DNA from: a bacterium CG_4_10_14_0_2_um_filter_33_32
Lineage (GTDB): Bacteria > Patescibacteriota > CPR2_A > CG2-30-33-46
Reading direction: 5' to 3'
Assembly: GCA_002792735.1 (NCBI GenBank)
Contig: PFOW01000055.1
Coordinates: 273-64,272 of the forward strand
Length of the DNA stretch: 64,000 nt
The notes under the pieces were generated by a model that was not told where the DNA came from, made no database searches, and saw only the letters and a list, made by a program, of their open reading frames with translations. Every line of letters starts with the position of its first letter. The first letter of the stretch is position 1. The translations under genes were made by a program, and so were the position numbers. This document shows, piece after piece, positions 57,735 through 64,000 of this stretch.

Positions 57735-59822
57735 TTATTTTAACACAATTTTAGTATCTAATGTAATAAGATTTTTTGACTCGGCTTTTAAAGGATTGAT
57801 GTCTAGTTCTTGTATTTCCGGAAAGGCCAGCATTAGATCAGATATCTTTATTATTATATTTTTTAATCCTTTGATATCTATGGGCTTTTGACCTCTAAAT
57901 CCGGTCAATAAATCATATCCTTTAATTTTGAAAATCATTTCTCCTGCTTCATTTTTAGAAATAGGAGCAACACAAAAAGAAGTGTCTTTCAAAATTTGAA
58001 CATAAATCCCGCCTAACCCAAACATTATAACCGGTCCAAATAACGAATCTCTTTTTGCACCTATAATAAGCTCTGTACCGCTCTTTACAGTTTGATAAAC
58101 CATCAACCCGCTAAATTTGATTTTTAATTTTTTGGCATTTTTGATTATTTGTTCAAATGATTTTTTAACTTCATCACCGTTAACTAAATTAGTTTTAACT
58201 AATCCATATTCCGTCTTATGAAGAACATCAGAAGAAACTATTTTTAAAACAACAGGGAAACCAATTTTAGAAGCGGTTTTAATCGCCTCTTTCGAAGTCT
58301 TAACAAAGCTAGATTCAGCAGTTTTAATCTTTAAATTATTAAAAATAATTTTTGATTCTAAATCGTTTAGATTTTTTCTATTTTCTAGCCCTGCTTTTTC
58401 AAGAATTTTTTCTATATTTTTATTCCGCTGTAAATTAACATGATTCTTTTTTTGGCTAATTAATTTTCTAGAATTTTTATATTTAATAAGCTCCGAGAGA
58501 ACTCTTACCGCTCTTTCGGGAAATTCAAAATTAGGAATACCGCCTTTTTCCAATATTTGTACTCCTTTTTCAATAGCTTTACCTCCTATAAAAGAAGCTA
58601 CAATCGACTTATTGAATTTTTTCTTTAGTCTAACAATAGACTTGGCAGTTTTTTCAACCTCAGTGGATGTTTGGGGTGTTAAAATAACAATTAGATTAGA
58701 TAGATTTTTATCTTTAAGTATTATGTCAGCTGCTATCTTGAATCTTTTTGCATCGGCATCGCCTACTATATCAACTGGATTTGAAATAGACGCAGAGGAT
58801 GGCATCTTGGATTTTAAATTTTTAATTGTATTTTGTGTAAATTTCGCTAAAGTTAAATTTGACTGCGAAATTGCATCAGCTGCTATAACAGATGGACCTC
58901 CGGCATTAGCTAATACGGCAACTTTATTATCCTTAGGCATAGGTAAAACAGAAAAAGCTTCAGAAAAATCAAAAAGCTCCTCTATATCAGAAACCTGAAT
59001 TATTCCAGATTTATTAAAAACTGCTTTAATAACTTCGGCGTTAGAAGCTAAGGCTCCTGTATGAGAAGAAGCCGCCTTAGCTCCTTCTTTAGATAAACCG
59101 GCTTTTATAACAATAATTGGTTTTTTAAAAGATAGTCTAGATGCTGCATCAATAAATTCTGTGCCTCTTTTAATACTTTCGAAATATCCAAGAATAACTT
59201 TAGAGTTTTTATCTTTTTCTAAAGCACGGAATAAATCTACTTCATCAATATCTATTTTATTACCCAAGCTAATAAATTTAGAAAAACCAATATTATTTTT
59301 AGAGGCCCAGTCCAATATAGCTGAACACATAGCGCCTGATTGACTAATAACAGCTAAATTTTTTTTAATCGGCACACCTGCGGCGAATGAAGCATTCAGG
59401 GGTAGAAATGTATCAATAACTCCTAGACAATTCGGACCGATTATTCGAATCTTGTTTTTTCTAGCAATCTCCAAAATATTATCTTCAATTGATTTGCCTT
59501 CCTCGCCTGTTTCCCCAAAGCCGGCACTGATAATAATTACTGCTTTAACTCCCTTTTTACCAAGATCTTCCATAATCGATGGAATAATAATATTAGGCAC
59601 AATAATAACTGCAAGATCAATCTTGCTAGGAATTTTTAAAACAGATTCATAAGAATCTTTACCAAGTATTATACTAGCTTTTGGGTTTACCGGAAAAATC
59701 CTGCCTTTAAAACCTGAGTAAATAATATTCTTTAGTATTTGGTAACCAAGCTTATTTCTATCCCGAGAAGCTCCAATGATAGCAATTGATTTTGGATTGA
59801 AAAAATTATCTAGCTTTAACAT
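57735..59822 (-). CDS. Acetate--CoA ligase (ADP-forming), fused alpha/beta
   Basis: PKSIAIIGAS, GPNCLG, SQSGA, SSHTGAL, NAGG, NPVD, ATP-grasp HKTE, FGPVIMFGLGG, ELDINP. Confidence 0.9.
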   Translation of the reverse strand: MLKLDNFFNPKSIAIIGASRDRNKLGYQILKNIIYSGFKGRIFPVNPKASIILGKDSYESVLKIPSKIDLAVIIVPNIIIPSIMEDLGKKGVKAVIIISAGFGETGEEGKSIEDNILEIARKNKIRIIGPNCLGVIDTFLPLNASFAAGVPIKKNLAVISQSGAMCSAILDWASKNNIGFSKFISLGNKIDIDEVDLFRALEKDKNSKVILGYFESIKRGTEFIDAASRLSFKKPIIVIKAGLSKEGAKAASSHTGALASNAEVIKAVFNKSGIIQVSDIEELFDFSEAFSVLPMPKDNKVAVLANAGGPSVIAADAISQSNLTLAKFTQNTIKNLKSKMPSSASISNPVDIVGDADAKRFKIAADIILKDKNLSNLIVILTPQTSTEVEKTAKSIVRLKKKFNKSIVASFIGGKAIEKGVQILEKGGIPNFEFPERAVRVLSELIKYKNSRKLISQKKNHVNLQRNKNIEKILEKAGLENRKNLNDLESKIIFNNLKIKTAESSFVKTSKEAIKTASKIGFPVVLKIVSSDVLHKTEYGLVKTNLVNGDEVKKSFEQIIKNAKKLKIKFSGLMVYQTVKSGTELIIGAKRDSLFGPVIMFGLGGIYVQILKDTSFCVAPISKNEAGEMIFKIKGYDLLTGFRGQKPIDIKGLKNIIIKISDLMLAFPEIQELDINPLKAESKNLITLDTKIVLK

Positions 59823-60837
59823 ATTTTACTTTTTTATTTAGGTTAATTTTTAAAACTTTAATTTTATTTTGCAAAAATTTTAATCTCTTAATTTTAAGTA
59901 AGCCATTTTGAGAACCATAATGAGAAACTACTGATGCAGAATTTACTGATGCCATCTTAAGTGCTTTTCTTATATCGTTATGCAGAATCATGCCAGCTAA
60001 AAAAGATGAACCAAATGCATCCCCGGCACCGGTAGTATCAACGGGTCGAGCCGGTAAAATCGAGGAATGATACATTTCTTTCCCATCAAACGCAAATGAA
60101 CCATTGGCAGCATCGGTAACGATTGCAATTTTAGGACCCATTTTTTTAAGCCTTACTGCGATTTCCTTAGAATCATTTAATATAAATTTTTTATCTTTAG
60201 AAATAATTAATTCTTTTGCTTCATCTTTATTGAGAATAAGGATATTTGTTTTTTTAATAATTTCTTTAAGTTTTTCATATCCTTTTTTTAATTGTTCGGA
60301 ACCTGGATTCCATGCTAATTTTATTTTATTCTTCGTTAACTCATTTTTTAGTCGATTCAAAATCAATCCCGACTTACCTGTTAATGAAGTCAAATAAATC
60401 CATTTGGTATCTTTAACCCAATTCCAATTTTTAATTTTAAGCAGATTATTTGTACCCCTATAAAGAATCGCGGTATGTTCGCTGCTCTCGTCAACTATAA
60501 TCAAAGAAATTCCTGTTTTTGAAACACCAGGGTGACGGATAAGTAAACTATTATCTATACCTTCGGTTTTTAAGTAGCCAGAAATGGCATCAGCTATTTC
60601 GTCATTACCTATACTGGCGATAGTAGATATGCTTAAACCTAATCTTTTTAGGCTTACGGCACTATTTAACGCTCCTCCACCAAAAGAAAAAAAGGCAATT
60701 TTGGGAATAACTTTAGCCGCATACTCAAAACACATTAATTGTTGCCTAATGGGATCACAATTTTTTACAATCCAATCTTTATCAGTTTTAAAAAATATAT
60801 CTCTCGTAGCCCCGCCAATTGTAATTACATCATACAT
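59806..60837 (-). CDS. PfkB-family carbohydrate kinase
   Basis: GGGALN, WNPG, LNKDEA, DTTGAGDAFGS. Confidence 0.9.
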   Translation of the reverse strand: MYDVITIGGATRDIFFKTDKDWIVKNCDPIRQQLMCFEYAAKVIPKIAFFSFGGGALNSAVSLKRLGLSISTIASIGNDEIADAISGYLKTEGIDNSLLIRHPGVSKTGISLIIVDESSEHTAILYRGTNNLLKIKNWNWVKDTKWIYLTSLTGKSGLILNRLKNELTKNKIKLAWNPGSEQLKKGYEKLKEIIKKTNILILNKDEAKELIISKDKKFILNDSKEIAVRLKKMGPKIAIVTDAANGSFAFDGKEMYHSSILPARPVDTTGAGDAFGSSFLAGMILHNDIRKALKMASVNSASVVSHYGSQNGLLKIKRLKFLQNKIKVLKINLNKKVKYVKAR

Positions 60838-60845
60838 AGAATCTC

Positions 60846-61679
60846 CTATTGAAGTACTTTAAATTTAATGGTCCAAACTAAAATATCAAATACATCTCCA
60901 AAATCTTCTCCATCGGCCGGACCTTCAATTCTTATAAGCTTTCCGTCTCTTTCTAAAAGTAGAACATCTGTGGTGTAGACAATTTTGGAATCTTTAGTTT
61001 TTTGCAGAACAATTCGTTCCCCTTTTGCTCCGTCTACAAATATGGCAGATTTGGCAGCAATTGTATGGTTAGCGTCAACAAGAGTTTCCTTCTCTTTCCC
61101 AAGTGTCTGTTCTTTAAATGCAATCGAAATCTCAACTCCTCCAACATCCTTTGGAATTATTTCAAAATCATAACCGTCACTAGCTAAAGTTTTTTTTCGC
61201 CAATCTGAAGGAAATTTTAACGAGTAACCAGAATTTGGGCTTTCAAATCCTTGCCAATCTGCAGTTGGATCTTCTATTTCTTCTTTTTGGGCATAATCAA
61301 TACTAAACCAACCGGTCGCATCCTCAAAAGTGCCTTTGTACCATTTATTGTCTGCTGACTTTTTAGCTAATTTAACTTTTGCCCTATAAGGAAGAGTGTA
61401 AATAATATCCGAGACCGTAGTAGCATCTTCTCTTAAATTGAGACCAGATTTTGAAGTTATATAAACAAATTCATCGCTTTTATTACTTGTGGAAACATCT
61501 TTGCTTGTTAAATTAGAATTATTTTTTGGGCTAGACTCTGCTGATTGAAATCTTTCTTTTGTTAAAAAATAAGTAACCGTTACCGCAATCAAAACTATAA
61601 GTAAAACAGCTAAAATTATTAAAATTATTTTTAACGATTTTTTTGCTGGTTTTTTTTGTGGAGGTATAATATCTTGCAT
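60846..61679 (-). CDS. Membrane-anchored SH3b-domain protein with PsbP-like C-terminal domain
   Basis: TM; GLNLRE..KWYK..TGWFSIDY; GYSLKFPSDW..TIKF. Confidence 0.7.
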   Translation of the reverse strand: MQDIIPPQKKPAKKSLKIILIILAVLLIVLIAVTVTYFLTKERFQSAESSPKNNSNLTSKDVSTSNKSDEFVYITSKSGLNLREDATTVSDIIYTLPYRAKVKLAKKSADNKWYKGTFEDATGWFSIDYAQKEEIEDPTADWQGFESPNSGYSLKFPSDWRKKTLASDGYDFEIIPKDVGGVEISIAFKEQTLGKEKETLVDANHTIAAKSAIFVDGAKGERIVLQKTKDSKIVYTTDVLLLERDGKLIRIEGPADGEDFGDVFDILVWTIKFKVLQ

Positions 61680-61684
61680 AATAT

Positions 61685-62311
61685 TTAAGCAGCTAATAAT
61701 CTTTGGCTGTTAACTTCTTTTATTATACATTCAATTTTGTACTCTACATAATTTATACAATTGTTTTCTTGTTCCATCATTTCTTTAACTGTTAATTTTT
61801 CAAAATAACGCCTTAGAGCTCTCATTGAATTATTGCCACAAACAATTGCAACATTTATTCCTTCTTTTTTTATGAATTTTTCTAAATCACGGCAAAAAGA
61901 AAAAACTCTTTTTTCTACCATCTTTATACTCTCTCCTCCGGGAGGCGAGGTACTATATGAGCGGTGATAAATTTGATATTTTTTTGAATCTGTTGCTTCT
62001 AGCTTAGATTTGCTTGTGCCCTGTAAGTCTCCATAACATCTTTCAATTATCCGATCATCAATAATTGTAAGTACTTTTTTGTGATACTTTAACGCCTCGG
62101 CCAAAGTACGTTTCATTCTAAATAAATGGGAGGTGAATCCAATGTCAATTTTTTTATCTTTTAACTTCTTCGCCAATATCTTAGCATCAGACACGCCCTT
62201 CTTAGTTAATTTTGAATTTCTAAATCCGGAAAATATTTTTCTATAATTATCGTAAGATTGACCATGTCTAAAAACATAAACTCTTCCCATAATTTTATTT
62301 GCACTTTTCAA
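61685..62311 (-). CDS. gpmA: Histidine phosphatase family, probable dPGM phosphoglycerate mutase
   Basis: FRHGQS, ERCYGDLQG, PPGGES; adjacent to enolase. Confidence 0.8.
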   Translation of the reverse strand: MKSANKIMGRVYVFRHGQSYDNYRKIFSGFRNSKLTKKGVSDAKILAKKLKDKKIDIGFTSHLFRMKRTLAEALKYHKKVLTIIDDRIIERCYGDLQGTSKSKLEATDSKKYQIYHRSYSTSPPGGESIKMVEKRVFSFCRDLEKFIKKEGINVAIVCGNNSMRALRRYFEKLTVKEMMEQENNCINYVEYKIECIIKEVNSQRLLAA

Positions 62312-63549
62312 TTCTGGATTTCCTTTTCAATTTCTAGCAATCTATTGTACTTTTCAACCCGTTCCCCGCGAGAAGGAGCACCTGTTTTAATAAAAGAAGC
62401 ACCTGAAGATACGGCTAAATCAGAAATAAAAGTGTCGCAAGTTTCACCCGATCTATGAGATATAATATAAGTCCAATCAGCTTTCCGAGCTAATTTTATA
62501 GCCGCAATAGTTTCTGACAAAGTACCTATTTGATTAAGCTTTATAATTAATCCGGTAGCTGCTTTTTGCCTAATACCTTTTTTTATTCTTTCAGGATTTG
62601 TAACAAACAAATCGTCACCAATTATTTTTACATCTTTTGAAAATCTTTCTGTAAGTTCAATCCAGCCATCCCAATCTTCCTGCTCTAAACCATCTTCCAT
62701 TGATATAATTGGATAATTAGAAATCCAATCACTATACAACCCCAAAAGCTGCTGCTTTTTAAGAGTGATCTCTTCAGATTTAAGATAATAATTACCATCA
62801 TTGTCTGGTTGATATAACTCGGAAGCAGCAATATCTAATGCCAAATTTACCTTTCCTGAGTAACCGGCTTTTTCTATGGCTTCAACTATTAAGCTCATAG
62901 CTTCTGTATTAGATTTAAGGCTAGGACCAAAGGCACCTTCCAAACCTACATTTACCTCCTTTAGAATACTACCTAGACTATAATAAATTTCCGATATAGC
63001 TCTTATTTTATCCGGAAAATTATTAATTCCATTTGGAACTATAATAAATTCCTGAATATCCAGATTGCCGGAAGAATGCTTTCCGCCTTCTATAACAACC
63101 GAAAATGGAGTTGGCATACTAATATTGATATTGGATAAAAATGCATTGTTTAAATACTTATAAAGAGGCAATTTATTTAATTTTGATGCTAATCTGGCAA
63201 CAGCTAAGGAAACAGAAAGAATAGCATTAGCACCAATTTTCTTTTTCTGGGCAGTACCATCTAATTTAATCATCTTCTCATCAATTTCTTTTTGGTACTC
63301 CGGGTTTAACCCCTTCAAGGCTGGAGCTATGATTTTATTTACATTAGAAACCGCTTGTAATACGCCTTTGCCAAAATATCTTTCATCATTGTCTCTTAAT
63401 TCAAAAGCTTCAAATTTTCCAGTTGAGGATCCTGAAGGAACAGATGCATCAGCAATAATACCACTATCACTTTTTACAATCGTTCTTATGGTGGGTATAC
63501 CGCGTGAATCTAATATCTCTAATGATTCTATTTTTTTTATCTTTGTCAT
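62308..63549 (-). CDS. eno: Enolase
   Basis: EILDSRGIPT, VPSGSSTG, GDDLFVTN, IKLNQIGT, SHRSGET, KYNRLL. Confidence 0.96.
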   Translation of the reverse strand: MTKIKKIESLEILDSRGIPTIRTIVKSDSGIIADASVPSGSSTGKFEAFELRDNDERYFGKGVLQAVSNVNKIIAPALKGLNPEYQKEIDEKMIKLDGTAQKKKIGANAILSVSLAVARLASKLNKLPLYKYLNNAFLSNINISMPTPFSVVIEGGKHSSGNLDIQEFIIVPNGINNFPDKIRAISEIYYSLGSILKEVNVGLEGAFGPSLKSNTEAMSLIVEAIEKAGYSGKVNLALDIAASELYQPDNDGNYYLKSEEITLKKQQLLGLYSDWISNYPIISMEDGLEQEDWDGWIELTERFSKDVKIIGDDLFVTNPERIKKGIRQKAATGLIIKLNQIGTLSETIAAIKLARKADWTYIISHRSGETCDTFISDLAVSSGASFIKTGAPSRGERVEKYNRLLEIEKEIQN

Positions 63550-64000
63550 TATCTAATAAATAAAAAGTACGTTATTTCTAATATTATTAGTACGTTTAGA
63601 ATAATAATTACTGTTAAAAGTATTTTAAATTGATAAGATTTTTTCACACCATGCAATTGTTGGTCTATTTTTTCTACTGATTTTGGTAAAGCACGATTTA
63701 CAGCAGCTTGGCCAGAAACACTTGGTCCTTCTGAAGAGATACTATTTAAGTGCTGTATTGAAATAGGCGCTTGGTGTTCAATTGGTTTTGGTGAAACTCT
63801 TGTTGCTGATTGATCTACTGGTATCTGAACAGAAGATGGTTTCTTTTCTTCTTGTTGAGTTTGTTTATCTTCTCCCTGATATACAACTCCACTTTTTGCC
63901 TTTTCGACTACCATTTTTTGTTCAAGATGTTGTTTTAATTCTTCTAAGCTAATCTTTTCACCACATTGGGAACAGTAGTAACCGTCCTTTATAGAAATTA
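63549..64000 (-). CDS. Hypothetical protein with N-terminal zinc-ribbon-like motif and C-terminal TM (5' end off window)
   Basis: Frame stays open upstream of 63914 to the window edge: ..DGYYCSQCGEKISLEELKQHLEQKMVVEK. Confidence 0.65.
   Translation of the reverse strand, partial: ISIKDGYYCSQCGEKISLEELKQHLEQKMVVEKAKSGVVYQGEDKQTQQEEKKPSSVQIPVDQSATRVSPKPIEHQAPISIQHLNSISSEGPSVSGQAAVNRALPKSVEKIDQQLHGVKKSYQFKILLTVIIILNVLIILEITYFLFIR

Noticed and set aside
3179..63556. Numerous short ORFs antisense to identified genes (e.g. 4941-5429, 12896-13255, 58612-58998, 49987-50238)
   Set aside because: Shadow frames of well-supported genes, with no motifs
1..64000. Alternative genetic code (TGA or TAG reassignment)
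   Set aside because: Long genes read through under code 11, and TGA and TAG both serve as normal stops at gene ends

Overview
AT-rich (roughly 30% GC by eye) bacterial chromosome segment using genetic code 11, with almost all genes on the minus strand. Gene content and style suggest a Patescibacteria/CPR-type organism (inference only). Left to right: (1) mnmA and an iscS-iscU block headed by a Phd-like gene and a NUDIX gene, plus a P-type ATPase; (2) a ~23 kb type IV pilus locus (major and minor pilins, pilB, pilC, pilO, pilM/N fusion, a 2404-aa IPT/TIG-repeat surface protein), interrupted by a multi-PAS protein/histidine kinase/receiver trio and a GIY-YIG gene flanked by REP-like inverted repeats; (3) a REP-flanked tyrosine transposase; (4) a tatD-metG-rsmI-rsmA-G5/Rpf housekeeping block; (5) a site-2 protease, a glycogen-debranching-type enzyme and a decaying accessory islet (Trp/Tyr-repeat protein, copper ATPase) beside tRNA-Glu; (6) a sugar-to-acetate fermentation cluster (eno, gpm, pfkB, ADP-forming acetyl-CoA synthetase, four-subunit pyruvate:ferredoxin oxidoreductase, ROK kinase, glycoside hydrolase). 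Main oddities: two genes whose full N-terminus appears to need an ATA start behind a strong Shine-Dalgarno, a CxxC-bearing Phd-fold gene with its own operator-like repeat ahead of iscS/iscU, unnamed domains shared among the giant surface protein and its neighbours, and several frameshifts and C:G>T:A lesions. All calls are from reading the sequence; no searches were run.
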